DNA of 64,000 nucleotides from Candidatus Zixiibacteriota bacterium (GTDB lineage Bacteria; RBG-13-66-14; B26-G2; WVWN01): NCBI GenBank assembly GCA_030613505.1, contig JAUWLW010000003.1, positions 41,387 to 105,386 of the forward strand, read 5' to 3'. Shown piece by piece: positions 53,412 to 62,874 of this stretch (position 1 is its first letter; each line of letters starts with the position of its first letter). The notes under the pieces were generated by a model. It saw only the letters and a program-made list of their open reading frames with translations, ran no database searches and was not told where the DNA came from. The position numbers and the translations under genes were made by a program.

Positions 53412-54200
53412 ATGCGCTCAAAAATGCTGGGCCTCGCGGCCTTCGCCGTCGCCCTGGTCGTAGTAGCCGGTTGCATTAATTACGACCAGGAACTCACGCT
53501 GAACGCCGACGGCTCGGGGACGGTAAAGGTAAGGTACGACCGGACGGGCGGAAGCACCGGAGAAGAAGAGGAAGAAGGCAGCCTCGATATGAGCGCCGCG
53601 CCCAAGCTCTCGTTTACCGAGGAAGAGATTACGGCGGAATACGAGGGCTCGGCCGTCACGGTCCGTGACATCGTTATAGGCGAAACGGACGCGGGCGTCC
53701 CTGAGGCTACCTACTACATCGACTTCGAAAACGTTACGGACCTCAACGGCTACGGCATTTTCGCCCTCGAGGGCGACAAACTAAAACAAACGTTCTCTCT
53801 CGACTCGGCCGGCGACACGCAGGTCTTCAAGCAACTCGTCCAACTCAAGATGGACGTTGAAGACCCGTCGCAGCTTTCCGACTACAAATTCACGTACCTT
53901 CTGAACGCGCCCGGCGAAGTAGTCGAGACTAACGGTACGGTTACCGAAAATACCGTTAAATGGGAATACTCCCTCGACAAACTCATCAATGCCGACACCG
54001 AAATGACGGCGACCTACAAAGGGGCCGCGCCTGCCGCCGGCGGCAATATCGCAGTTATCATAGGTATCATCCTCTGCGTCATAATAGTAATCGTAATCAT
54101 CATCGTAATCATCGTCCTGCTGATGAAAAAGAAGAAGAAACCCGCGGGGCCGGTGCCGACGCCGACGCCGCCTTCCGAACCCGGGCAACCCGCCGCTTAA
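53412..54200 (+). CDS. Hypothetical lipoprotein, paralog B, with an extra C-terminal TM anchor and Pro-rich tail
   Basis: Lipobox VVAGC, then INYDQELTLNADGSGTVKV, a Glu-rich insert, WEYSLDKL...EMTATYKG, an Ile/Val-only helix IAVIIGIILCVIIVIVIIIVIIVLLM, then KKKKKPAGPVPTPTPP. Confidence 0.55.
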   Translation: MRSKMLGLAAFAVALVVVAGCINYDQELTLNADGSGTVKVRYDRTGGSTGEEEEEGSLDMSAAPKLSFTEEEITAEYEGSAVTVRDIVIGETDAGVPEATYYIDFENVTDLNGYGIFALEGDKLKQTFSLDSAGDTQVFKQLVQLKMDVEDPSQLSDYKFTYLLNAPGEVVETNGTVTENTVKWEYSLDKLINADTEMTATYKGAAPAAGGNIAVIIGIILCVIIVIVIIIVIIVLLMKKKKKPAGPVPTPTPPSEPGQPAA

Positions 54201-54229
54201 CGCCAATTTACGCGGGGAAACGAGAAATA

Positions 54230-54258
54230 AGGGCGGCCGCAAGGCCGCCCTTTACTTA
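54230..54258 (+). terminator. Rho-independent terminator
   Basis: 9-bp stem AGGGCGGCC/GGCCGCCCT with loop GCAA, followed by TTTACTTAT. Confidence 0.55.
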
Positions 54259-54315
54259 TAGTTTACGCTATACTAATATGGTCCACGGCGGCAACCTGGA
54301 ACGCGAGTGGTTTTC

Positions 54316-54921
54316 ATGGCGTGGCAGAGCAAATTAATCGGTAGACTCGTTAACGAGCTAACCAAGATGCCGGGCGTCGGGCGTAAAACCGCCCAACGGC
54401 TGACTTATTTCCTCTTAAAAGCCCCCGAGGGGTACGTCGAGAACCTGGCGCGACTACTCAACGAAGTAAAACAACACGTAAGCCCGTGCCGGGAATGCGG
54501 TAATCTGACCGAAGGGGAGCAGTGCGGCGTATGCGCCGACGATACGCGCAACCGCCGCCTTATCTGCGTCGTGGAGGAACCAGCCGACCTTACCCTCGTC
54601 GAGCGCACCGGCGAATTCAACGGCGTCTATCACGTCCTTATGGGCGTCATATCGCCGCTGGAAGGTATCGGCCCCGACCAACTGCGTATGGCGGAACTCG
54701 TGAACCGAGTGCAAACCCACCAAGCCGTCGAGGTAATAGTCGCGACCGACCCCGACGTCGAGGGCGATACTACCGCGTATTACATTGCCAAGCTACTATC
54801 CCCGCTGGGGGTTAAAGTTACGCGCATCGCGCGAGGCTTGCCCGTCGGCGGCGACCTCGACTTCGCGGACGAAGTCACGCTGGCGCAGGCTATCGCCGGG
54901 CGGCAAGAAATCGGGAAATGA
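54316..54921 (+). CDS. recR: Recombination protein RecR
   Basis: HhH LTKMPGVGRKTAQRL, C4 zinc finger CRECGNLTEGEQCGVCAD, Toprim VIVATDPDVEGDTTAYYI. ATG 54316 is preferred over GTG 54307. Confidence 0.92.
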   Translation: MAWQSKLIGRLVNELTKMPGVGRKTAQRLTYFLLKAPEGYVENLARLLNEVKQHVSPCRECGNLTEGEQCGVCADDTRNRRLICVVEEPADLTLVERTGEFNGVYHVLMGVISPLEGIGPDQLRMAELVNRVQTHQAVEVIVATDPDVEGDTTAYYIAKLLSPLGVKVTRIARGLPVGGDLDFADEVTLAQAIAGRQEIGK

Positions 54922-54943
54922 GAGGCTCGAGTCACACCGACGC

Positions 54944-54980
54944 AAAAAAAGAGCCGGGCATCGCCGCCCGGCTTTATCGT
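54944..54980. terminator. Bidirectional terminator between the convergent recR and beta-propeller genes
   Basis: A7, then an 8-bp stem AGCCGGGC/GCCCGGCT with a 6-nt loop, then TTATCGTTT. Confidence 0.5.
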
Positions 54981-54992
54981 TTCGGCCGTCGG

Positions 54993-55760
54993 TTATCGGA
55001 ACAACGTCTTGATGCGGCCTAACGACTGGGGTTCGACGCCGACGCCTCGGATATCGACTTTCCACAGACGACCGTTATCAGGCAAGGTGCTGAGCCACAA
55101 GTACCGGCCGTCGTACGTCGCCCCCCAAGGCTCGTCGGCCGGCGCCGGGAACGTCCCGACTACCGTACCCTTTACCGGCTCGAAGCCGACGATGCGATAG
55201 GTTTTCGAAACGTCGTCGTACTCGCCCGTCCAAAGATTTGATCCGTCATGGGCGAGGTCAAAGATTTCGTAGAAAGACGTGTACGACTTTATTACGCGGC
55301 CGTCGACGCGCATTTGGTAGTACCCGTGCGACCACTTCGTGCCGATTTCGGTTCCCCATAGATGGAAGCCGGACCACGCGAGGCCCTGGCCGAAGTTCCA
55401 GTTGACCTTAAACGAGGAGGCCACGCGGCCGCCCCACTCAAAACGGTAAATATAGTTGGTGGCGGTGTTGCCGGCCCAGAAGTATTTACCGTCGTGAGCC
55501 AGGCCGGCGGTATCGGCGCCGGTCTTCGCGAACCTGAAAGACCCGAGGACCGTGCCGCTACGCGGGCCTACCTTCCAAATGAGGTATGGCGACGTTTGGC
55601 AAAAACAATAAACGTTTCCGTCCGCCCACGTAAGCGCGATCGGTTTCGGCGCGGGAGAGGCGAAGGACGCTACTATCTCGCCGACGCGCGCCGAAGCGGA
55701 TACGCCGGTTAACGCCAACGACACCGCGGCCACCAATAATATACGTACAGCTAATTTCAT
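54993..55760 (-). CDS. Secreted beta-propeller-like repeat protein carrying the SLGRIKTLF C-terminal tag
   Basis: Signal peptide MKLAVRILLVAAVSLALTGVSASA. Repeated blades of the type GLAHDGKYFWAG / GLAWSGFHLWGT / DLAHDGSNLWTG / GATYDGRYLWLS, which are not NHL units. C-terminus VEPQSLGRIKTLFR. Confidence 0.6.
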   Translation of the reverse strand: MKLAVRILLVAAVSLALTGVSASARVGEIVASFASPAPKPIALTWADGNVYCFCQTSPYLIWKVGPRSGTVLGSFRFAKTGADTAGLAHDGKYFWAGNTATNYIYRFEWGGRVASSFKVNWNFGQGLAWSGFHLWGTEIGTKWSHGYYQMRVDGRVIKSYTSFYEIFDLAHDGSNLWTGEYDDVSKTYRIVGFEPVKGTVVGTFPAPADEPWGATYDGRYLWLSTLPDNGRLWKVDIRGVGVEPQSLGRIKTLFR

Positions 55761-55827
55761 ATCAACACCTCGTCTATTCGTAACGGCCCTAATATAAGCG
55801 TTTCACCGTAAATAATCAAGTAAAAAG

Positions 55828-55875
55828 GCGGTTCGCGCCGTAACGCCGCCGGTTCGCTGATTTCCGGCGAACCGC
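55828..55875. repeat. Three copies of a 9-mer (two direct, one inverted) in a divergent intergenic region
   Basis: GCGGTTCGC (55828-55836), CCGGTTCGC (55849-55857), GCGAACCGC (55867-55875). The third is the exact reverse complement of the first and matches 8/9 of the second. Confidence 0.5.
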
Positions 55876-55907
55876 AGTAAAAACATTTTCCACCTAAACC
55901 GACTTTA

Positions 55908-55916
55908 TGTTATAAT
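55908..55916 (+). promoter_or_regulatory. Candidate extended -10 element upstream of the oxidoreductase operon
   Basis: TGtTATAAT. The -35 is poor (TTCCAC). It would give a ~190-nt leader before the TTG start at 56110. Confidence 0.3.
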
Positions 55917-56109
55917 TTTCTAAGAGTGAACGAGGCCGGACTAAGTTAATTTGTTAGATAGCGGTATAAACTACCCCCCAAACTAAACTTTTTACGGTTA
56001 CTCAAGTCTATCGGCGGCGTTGTCGGAAGGCCGAGCGGATGTACCGGTCGCCTCCGCTCCCTCTCAGGCGCGCCGAATACGAGGCGTAAACTTAGCGAGG
56101 TGATAAGAA

Positions 56110-56688
56110 TTGCCGGTTAAAATCCTCGAAATCCGGTGGCACGGCCGCGGCGGCCAGGGCGTTAAAACCGCGGCAATGTTGTTCGCCGAGGCGGCAATCG
56201 AGGGCGGAAAACACGTCCAAGGTTTTTCCGATTACGGCCCCGAACGCTCGGGCGCACCGATACAGGGCTTCACTCGCCTCAGCGATAACCCCATCCACCT
56301 CCACAACTTCATTACGGACCCGGACGTAGTAGTAGTATTGGACCCCACGCTCCTGGGGACCGTTGGCGTAACGGAGGGTTTGAAAAAAGGCGGCAAAGTC
56401 TTGGTAAATTCTTCCCACGACCCGGCCGAGCTCGCCGCTAAATTGGGCGTAGACAAAGGGCAAGTGTTCGTCGTGGACGCCAAGAAGATCTCGCTCGAGA
56501 CGATGGGTCGCGACATGCCCAACTCGCCGATGATGGGCGCCTTGGTAAAAGTCGTCGGCCTGGTCGAATTGCCCTGGATCAACCAAACCTTCGAGAAGAA
56601 GTTCAGCGCGAAATCCGAGAAGGTCGTAGCCGATAACGTCGCCGCGGTGAAGAGGGCGTACGACGAGGTGCACGGCGCCGCCAGTTAA
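56110..56688 (+). CDS. porG: 2-oxoacid (pyruvate/ketoisovalerate):ferredoxin oxidoreductase, gamma subunit
   Basis: MPVKILEIRWHGRGGQGVKTAAMLFAEAA is typical of gamma subunits. TTG start behind GAGGTGA. Confidence 0.88.
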   Translation: MPVKILEIRWHGRGGQGVKTAAMLFAEAAIEGGKHVQGFSDYGPERSGAPIQGFTRLSDNPIHLHNFITDPDVVVVLDPTLLGTVGVTEGLKKGGKVLVNSSHDPAELAAKLGVDKGQVFVVDAKKISLETMGRDMPNSPMMGALVKVVGLVELPWINQTFEKKFSAKSEKVVADNVAAVKRAYDEVHGAAS

Positions 56689-56707
56689 AAACGGAGGCAA
56701 CGTAAAA

Positions 56708-56995
56708 ATGGAAAAAAAGAAAGGCTGGAAAGATGTCCCGCTGGGCGGGTTGATAATGGAGGCCGGCAACGCCGACGAGTACGAAACCGGTTCGTGGCGA
56801 ACGTTTAAACCGGTCTTGGATCAAGAAGCGTGCAACAATTGCCTTATTTGTTGGATTTTCTGCCCGGACACGTCGGTCCTTATCGAGGACGAAAAAATAG
56901 TCGGCTTCGATTACGTTCACTGTAAAGGGTGCGGCATTTGCGCCGCCGAGTGTCCGAAAAAAGCCATCGAGATGGTATTAGACGAAGAGAAATAG
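56708..56995 (+). CDS. porD: 2-oxoacid:ferredoxin oxidoreductase, delta (2x[4Fe-4S]) subunit
   Basis: Two cluster motifs, CNNCLICWIFCP and CKGCGICAAECP. Confidence 0.9.
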   Translation: MEKKKGWKDVPLGGLIMEAGNADEYETGSWRTFKPVLDQEACNNCLICWIFCPDTSVLIEDEKIVGFDYVHCKGCGICAAECPKKAIEMVLDEEK

Positions 56996-57004
56996 GAGAC
57001 CGCC

Positions 57005-58201
57005 ATGGCTAAAACATCCGTCCCACAAATAAAAATGCCGCTCACCGGCAACGACGCCGGCGCGTACGCCATGAAACAGGTCAACCCGGACGTCGTGGCC
57101 GCGTACCCCATCACGCCCCAAACCGAGCTGATGCAAGAGTTCGCCCAGTACGTACACGACGGCGACGTGGATACGGCGTTCATAACGGTCGAGAGCGAAC
57201 ACTCCGCCATGAGCGCTTGTATCGGCGCCGCGGCCGCAGGTGCCCGTACGATGACGGCCACTTCCGCCAACGGCTTCGCGTTGATGTGGGAAGTGCTCTA
57301 CATCGCCGCTTCCCTCCGCCTGCCCATTACCATGGCCGTAGTCAACCGCGCCCTCTCCGGTCCCATAAACATCCACTGCGACCACTCCGACTCCATGGGC
57401 GCCCGGGACGCGGGGTGGATCCAGATGTACGCCGAAAACCCGCAAGAGGCATACGACCTTTGGCTTATCGGCATAAAAGCCGCGGAGAACCACGACGTCC
57501 TCTTGCCGGCAATGATTATGTACGACGGCTTTATCATCAGCCATACCATGGAAGTCGTAGAGACCCTCCCCGACGACGCCGTCAAGGACTACGTCGGGCC
57601 GTATAAACCGGCGTACGCCATGCTTCTGGACGAAAAACCCTTCACCGTGGGGCCGCTGGATTTCCACGATTATTACTTCGAGCACAAGCGCCAGGAAATC
57701 GAGGGTATGGAACGCGCGCCCGCAGCGCTCGCCGCCGCCGCGGCCGAGTACGAAAAGCTCTCCGGCCGTCACTACGGCCCGGTCGAAACTTACCGCGCCG
57801 ACGACGCGGACGTCATAATGGTGGCGCTCGGGTCCACCGCCGGGACGGCGCGCTACGTCGTGGACGTCCTGCGGGACCAGGGTAAATCCGTCGGCCTTAT
57901 GAAGCTGAGGACTTTCCGCCCCTTCCCCCACGGCGAGGTCACCGACGCCCTCGGCAAGACGAAGTGCGTCGTGGTGTGCGACCGCGTCGCGTCGTTCGGC
58001 GCGTTCGGCTCGCCCACTTTCATGGAGTTGCGGAGCGCGCTCTACGAGGTCGCCGAGAGGCCGCTGGTCATAAATTACATATACGGCCTCGGCGGCCGCG
58101 ACACCGGCCCCGACCTCCTCGAGCAGGCATTCGAAGAGGGCCTACGCGTAGCGCGGACCGGCGAAATCGAACAGCATGTTAGCTACCTCGGCGTACGTTA
58201 A
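57005..58201 (+). CDS. porA: 2-oxoacid:ferredoxin oxidoreductase, alpha subunit
   Basis: LTGNDAGAYAMKQVNPDVVAAYPITPQT...SEHSAMSACIGAAAAGARTMTATS is typical alpha-subunit sequence. Confidence 0.9.
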   Translation: MAKTSVPQIKMPLTGNDAGAYAMKQVNPDVVAAYPITPQTELMQEFAQYVHDGDVDTAFITVESEHSAMSACIGAAAAGARTMTATSANGFALMWEVLYIAASLRLPITMAVVNRALSGPINIHCDHSDSMGARDAGWIQMYAENPQEAYDLWLIGIKAAENHDVLLPAMIMYDGFIISHTMEVVETLPDDAVKDYVGPYKPAYAMLLDEKPFTVGPLDFHDYYFEHKRQEIEGMERAPAALAAAAAEYEKLSGRHYGPVETYRADDADVIMVALGSTAGTARYVVDVLRDQGKSVGLMKLRTFRPFPHGEVTDALGKTKCVVVCDRVASFGAFGSPTFMELRSALYEVAERPLVINYIYGLGGRDTGPDLLEQAFEEGLRVARTGEIEQHVSYLGVR

Positions 58202-58235
58202 GGGACTTTAACCGGGACCTTTAAGGAGTAGATAG

Positions 58236-59198
58236 ATGACGACGCTTAAAGAATTATCTCGCCGCGAAGAACGCTTTACCGGCGGCCACCGTCTGTGCTC
58301 GGGTTGCGGCGCCGCCATCGTCGCCCGACAAGTATTGCTCGCCGCCGACGGGCCGGTGGTTATAGGCAACGCTACCGGCTGCCTGGAAGTAGGGACGACC
58401 ATTTACCCCTACACCTCGTGGAAAGTCCCCTGGATCCACAACGCGTTTGAAAACGTCGCCGCCACGATCTCCGGCGTCGAGACAGCCTACCGCGTCTTCA
58501 AAGAGCAAGGTAAGCTGGATAAGGATTTCCACTTCATCGCTTTCGGCGGCGACGGCGGCACGTACGACATCGGCCTACAGGCATTATCGGGCGTGCTCGA
58601 GCGCGGCCACAAGATGCTCTACGTCTGCTACGACAACCAGGCCTATATGAACACGGGCATCCAACGTTCGGGCGCTACGCCCAAGGGCGCCTCCACTACC
58701 ACCGCCCCGCACGGCAAACTGATTCCGGGCAAAATTCGCCGTCGCAAAGACCTCACCGCCATCGTCGCCGCGCACCACATTCCGTACGCGGCGCAGGCCG
58801 CGCCCCACGCCTTTATGGACCTTGTGCGCAAGGTCGAGAAAGCCCTCGCGGCGGACGGCCCCTCCTTCATCAACATCCTCGCGCCCTGCCACCGCGGTTG
58901 GCGCCACGGCCCCGAGGAAACGCTCGAGGTGAGCCGCATCGCCACCAATACCTGTTTCTGGCCCCTTTATGAGATCGTCGACGACAGGTGGAAGCTCACC
59001 TATAAACCCCGGAACAAATTGCCCGCCGAGGAGTGGATGAAGTTCCAAGGCCGCTTCGCACACCTCTTCGACGGCGACGGCCACCCCGAGCTCGTCGCCG
59101 AGATCCAAGCCGACGTCGACCGCGAATGGGAGGACCTGCTGATACGCTGCGGCGAGCTGCCGCCGCGCGAGTGCGGAGACGAAGAGGAGAAGAAATAA
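58236..59198 (+). CDS. porB: 2-oxoacid:ferredoxin oxidoreductase, beta (TPP-binding) subunit
   Basis: CSGCGAAI, the TPP motif GGDGGTYDIGLQAL, and NQAYMNTGIQRS. Confidence 0.9.
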   Translation: MTTLKELSRREERFTGGHRLCSGCGAAIVARQVLLAADGPVVIGNATGCLEVGTTIYPYTSWKVPWIHNAFENVAATISGVETAYRVFKEQGKLDKDFHFIAFGGDGGTYDIGLQALSGVLERGHKMLYVCYDNQAYMNTGIQRSGATPKGASTTTAPHGKLIPGKIRRRKDLTAIVAAHHIPYAAQAAPHAFMDLVRKVEKALAADGPSFINILAPCHRGWRHGPEETLEVSRIATNTCFWPLYEIVDDRWKLTYKPRNKLPAEEWMKFQGRFAHLFDGDGHPELVAEIQADVDREWEDLLIRCGELPPRECGDEEEKK

Positions 59199-59218
59199 AT
59201 AATCCACTCAAAACATAT

Positions 59219-59246
59219 AAAAGCCGCCTTGGGAGGCGGCTTTACT
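59219..59246 (+). terminator. Rho-independent terminator after the oxidoreductase operon
   Basis: Stem AAGCCGCC/GGCGGCTT with a 6-nt loop, followed by TTTACTACTT. Confidence 0.5.
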
Positions 59247-59311
59247 ACTTCCGTCGATATGCGAAAGGAAAATGCGAAATCCGCTTACTAGGCACGGCGC
59301 GCCGGTTTACC

Positions 59312-59340
59312 TTGCCGGGTGAAACTATTTTTGTTAAAAT
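59312..59340 (+). promoter_or_regulatory. Candidate promoter of the efflux operon (extended -10)
   Basis: TTGCCG, 17-nt spacer, TGtTAAAAT. Confidence 0.45.
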
Positions 59341-59374
59341 ACCGTAATTTATTTACAAGCACGTTATACGAAAA

Positions 59375-60670
59375 ATGAAGTCTCTTAAGACAATTGGCGC
59401 GATTCTAGCGATAGGGTCGAACGCGGTTGCGGCTGAACTGACGCTCGAAGAAGCCATCGACTTCGCGCTCGCACGCAGCCCGGCGGCCGTGGCCGCGGAG
59501 GCCACGTACCTGTACGGCCGAGCCGACCTCTACCAGGGATGGGGCGGCGTCCTCCCCACGGCCAACCTTTCCTACTCCGCCTCGCGTTACTACGACCGCG
59601 AGGTACTCCGCTACGGTGGCTACGAATTACCGGGGTATTCGCCGATACATTACTACTACGCGCAAGGGCGCCTGGACCAGCCGTTGTTCGCCGGCGGGAG
59701 GTTGATATGGGGCGTCATGTCGGGGCGGGCGTCGGCTCGGGCCGGCGCCGCAAGCCGCGACGAGCAGCGCCAATTGTTGGTCGTCGACGTCGCGCGCGTT
59801 TACTTGGGCGTATTAAAAGCTCAGGGTTTGAAAAACGTCGCCGCCACCTCGCTGGAGGCGAGCCGTAATAACGAGGAACTCGCGCTGGCCCAATACGAGA
59901 CCGAGGCTATCTCGCGGGCGGAATACCTCAAAGCCGTTGTCCAGCTGGGCTCCGACGAAATAGCGTCGATCGCCGCGGAGGCGGCCGTGGAAACGGCGCG
60001 CTTGGCGTTCTTCAACGCCGCCGGTATGGAACCGGACGAAAACCTCGCCTTCGCCGAAGTCGAGGGGGTCGAACCGCGGGAATTACTTTCCCCGGCCGAC
60101 TTAACCGAGCAAGCGATGGCCCGTCGCCCCGACGTAACCAGAACGAGCGCCGATAAGCGCGTCGCCGACCTCGCCGTACGTTCCGCCCGAGCCGGGTGGT
60201 TCCCATCGCTGGCCGCGTCCGTTACATACGATTGGAACGACGTCAACTCCCCCTCCCGCGAAACATGGAACGACTTCGACGAATGGGCCGTGGGCGCGAC
60301 CGCCTCATGGGACCTCTTCGACAGCTTCCAAACCAAAGCCAACCTCGACCGGGCCCGGGCCGCGGCGGCAAACACGCGCGTGGCGTACGACCGGCTGCGC
60401 GACGCGGTGGCGCTGGACGTTACGAAAGCTTATTACGAATACAAGAAGCAAGCCGAGACGGTCACTGTAGCGGATAAGACCGCGGCCGCCGCCGAAGAGG
60501 AATTCACCATCGTCCAAGAACTTTACGCGCTCGGCGGCGCCTCGACGCTCGAGCTAACCGACGCCCAAGCCCGCTTCGTCGAAGCCCAAAACTCTTTCGT
60601 CGAAGCGAAATACGACTTCCTCATCGCCGACTTCGACTTGAAGCGCGCGCTAGGCGGGCTGGAATATTAA
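59375..60670 (+). CDS. TolC-family outer-membrane efflux protein
   Basis: Signal peptide, LTLEEAIDFALARSP start, two OEP repeat halves, and the end YDFLIADFDLKRALG. Confidence 0.8.
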   Translation: MKSLKTIGAILAIGSNAVAAELTLEEAIDFALARSPAAVAAEATYLYGRADLYQGWGGVLPTANLSYSASRYYDREVLRYGGYELPGYSPIHYYYAQGRLDQPLFAGGRLIWGVMSGRASARAGAASRDEQRQLLVVDVARVYLGVLKAQGLKNVAATSLEASRNNEELALAQYETEAISRAEYLKAVVQLGSDEIASIAAEAAVETARLAFFNAAGMEPDENLAFAEVEGVEPRELLSPADLTEQAMARRPDVTRTSADKRVADLAVRSARAGWFPSLAASVTYDWNDVNSPSRETWNDFDEWAVGATASWDLFDSFQTKANLDRARAAAANTRVAYDRLRDAVALDVTKAYYEYKKQAETVTVADKTAAAAEEEFTIVQELYALGGASTLELTDAQARFVEAQNSFVEAKYDFLIADFDLKRALGGLEY

Positions 60671-60817
60671 CACCCAGTTCGGACCTAACGTAGTTACGTA
60701 AGGCCATCCCTCGAGCCGGGGCCCCGATCCTTTTAACGCGATTCCTTGGGCCCGGCCGCGGGTCTTAACCCGGGGCGTCGAGCGCCTTTTAAATTTGCGC
60801 CCGAAGAGGAATTAGAG

Positions 60818-62149
60818 ATGAGACGCCAAATCCGTATGACCAAAGTGCGGTGGGCTTTAGTCGTTATAATATGGCTCATATTGATCTCGTGCCCGCTGCT
60901 GGTAACCAACTCCAAGCGGCAGCAAATCCCCCCCGTACGGGTAGACACCGTCACGAGCGCGGATATCACGTCTTACGTATCCGGCCCGGCTACGGTCGAC
61001 CCCCGCGTGAGCGTCGACATCTCGGCCAACATCATGGGCAAGGTGACGAAGATTTTCGTCGAAGAAGGAGACCGAGTAGCCAAAGGCGATATCCTGCTGG
61101 AGCTCGAGCAAACCCAATATCGCGCCAGCCGCGACGAGGCGGGCGCGGCCTACCGAAGCGCGCTCCGCAGCTTGGAATTGACCGAAATGAAATGGAAAAC
61201 AGCCGAAGAGGTTTTCGCCCGCAAGCAGGAATTATACGACAAGCATCTCATATCGCGCGAACAGTACGACCTGGCCAAAACGCAATTCGAAGCTGAGCGG
61301 ACCGAATACGAGCTGGCTGGCGACAACGTCGTCCGGGCGCGGGCCCTGCTGGTGCAGGCCAAGGATTCGCTCGATAAAACGGTATACACTTCTCCCCTCG
61401 ACGGCGTCGTAACCGCGCTCAACGTCGAGGAGGGCGAATTCACCGTCGTGGGTACGCTCAATACACCCGGCACGGTGATGGTGACGGTTGCCGACCTGGC
61501 CGCCATGCAAGTCGTCGCCGACGTCGACGAAACCGACGTCGTCAACGTCGAGTTGGGGCAGCCGTCCTCGGTAACGATAGACGCCTTTCCGGATAAAATA
61601 TACCGAGGGGAAGTTATCGAGATCGCCTCCAGCGCCAAGGAATCGCCATTCGCCACTACCGACGAAAAGACCTCCGCCGATTTCGAAGTCAAGGTTCTCC
61701 TCGGCGGCGACACGTCGGCGCTCCGCCCGGGGATGACCGCTACCGCTGACGTCGTTACGGCCGAGGCCAAAGGCGTAACCGCTATTCCCATCCAGGCGCT
61801 CGTAACGCGTACTCGCGAGACGGTGGTGGCGTGGGAGGAAGCCCGCGCCGGCAAAAGCCGCGGCCCCGAGAAGGCCGAGGAGAAAACCGAAAAACCCCAA
61901 TCGGACTTGTTCCGCACCGACTACGTGAAAGGCGTATTCGTCCTGGACGACGAGAAGCCGTTCGTAAAGCGGGCCCGCTTCGTCCGAGTAGAAGCGGGCA
62001 TCATGGGCGACCGGTACGTAGAAATTAAAAAGGGCCTGAAGGGCGGCGAAACCATTATCGCCGGACCGTACAAAACGCTGCGTCACTTGAACGACGGCGA
62101 CTTGGTCCGACTGGAGAAAAAGAAACCGACGGAAGAAGAGTCAGCTTGA
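60818..62149 (+). CDS. Efflux periplasmic adaptor (HlyD/MacA-type membrane fusion protein)
   Basis: Start at [16 protein letters not shown] (AGAGGA upstream). N-terminal TM, lipoyl-like [14 protein letters not shown], coiled-coil hairpin, [16 protein letters not shown]. Confidence 0.85.
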   Translation: MRRQIRMTKVRWALVVIIWLILISCPLLVTNSKRQQIPPVRVDTVTSADITSYVSGPATVDPRVSVDISANIMGKVTKIFVEEGDRVAKGDILLELEQTQYRASRDEAGAAYRSALRSLELTEMKWKTAEEVFARKQELYDKHLISREQYDLAKTQFEAERTEYELAGDNVVRARALLVQAKDSLDKTVYTSPLDGVVTALNVEEGEFTVVGTLNTPGTVMVTVADLAAMQVVADVDETDVVNVELGQPSSVTIDAFPDKIYRGEVIEIASSAKESPFATTDEKTSADFEVKVLLGGDTSALRPGMTATADVVTAEAKGVTAIPIQALVTRTRETVVAWEEARAGKSRGPEKAEEKTEKPQSDLFRTDYVKGVFVLDDEKPFVKRARFVRVEAGIMGDRYVEIKKGLKGGETIIAGPYKTLRHLNDGDLVRLEKKKPTEEESA

Positions 62150-62874
62150 CGACCGAACCTTTCATAAAGCTCCGCGACATATTTAAAATCTACCAAATGG
62201 GCGGCGAAGACGTCGTCGCGCTCAAGGACATCAACCTCGACCTCCGGCGAGGCGAATACGCCGCTATTATGGGCCCTTCGGGCTCCGGCAAATCGACCTT
62301 GATGAACATCATCGGCTGCCTCGACGTCCCGACCAGCGGCTCCTACCACTTGAACGGCCAAGAGGTCGCCGCGGCCACCGAAGACGAACTGGCCGCTATA
62401 CGCAATCGCGAGATAGGCTTCGTCTTCCAGACTTTCAACCTCCTCCCCCGCGCTACGGCTGCCAAAAACGTCGAACTTCCCCTCATATACGCCGGCCTCC
62501 CTCCCGAGGAACGCCGCCAACGCGCCGCGGAGGTCCTGGAGGCGGTGGGGCTCGCCAAACGCGGCCACCATAAACCTAACGAAATGTCGGGGGGAGAACG
62601 GCAGCGCGTCGCCATCGCCCGGGCACTCGTCAACCGCCCCTCGGTCGTGCTGGCGGACGAGCCGACGGGAAACCTCGATACCAAAATCGGCGACGAAATA
62701 TTAGCGGTATTTCAACATATAAACGACGAAGGCAAAACCGTCATCGTCGTAACGCACGACCCCGACGTCGCAGCCAAGGCGCGGCGCACCATCGTACTGC
62801 GCGACGGCCAGATGGTCGACCGGGCGGGGAAAAAAATAAAAAACCGCCGCGGCGTAGCGGCGGTTAAGCGATAA
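62146..62874 (+). CDS. MacB/LolD-type ABC ATP-binding protein (no fused or adjacent permease)
   Basis: Walker [10 protein letters not shown], signature MSGGERQR, Walker [13 protein letters not shown]. 4-nt overlap with the adaptor gene. The ORF ends 10 nt before a convergent gene. Confidence 0.88.
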   Translation: MTTEPFIKLRDIFKIYQMGGEDVVALKDINLDLRRGEYAAIMGPSGSGKSTLMNIIGCLDVPTSGSYHLNGQEVAAATEDELAAIRNREIGFVFQTFNLLPRATAAKNVELPLIYAGLPPEERRQRAAEVLEAVGLAKRGHHKPNEMSGGERQRVAIARALVNRPSVVLADEPTGNLDTKIGDEILAVFQHINDEGKTVIVVTHDPDVAAKARRTIVLRDGQMVDRAGKKIKNRRGVAAVKR

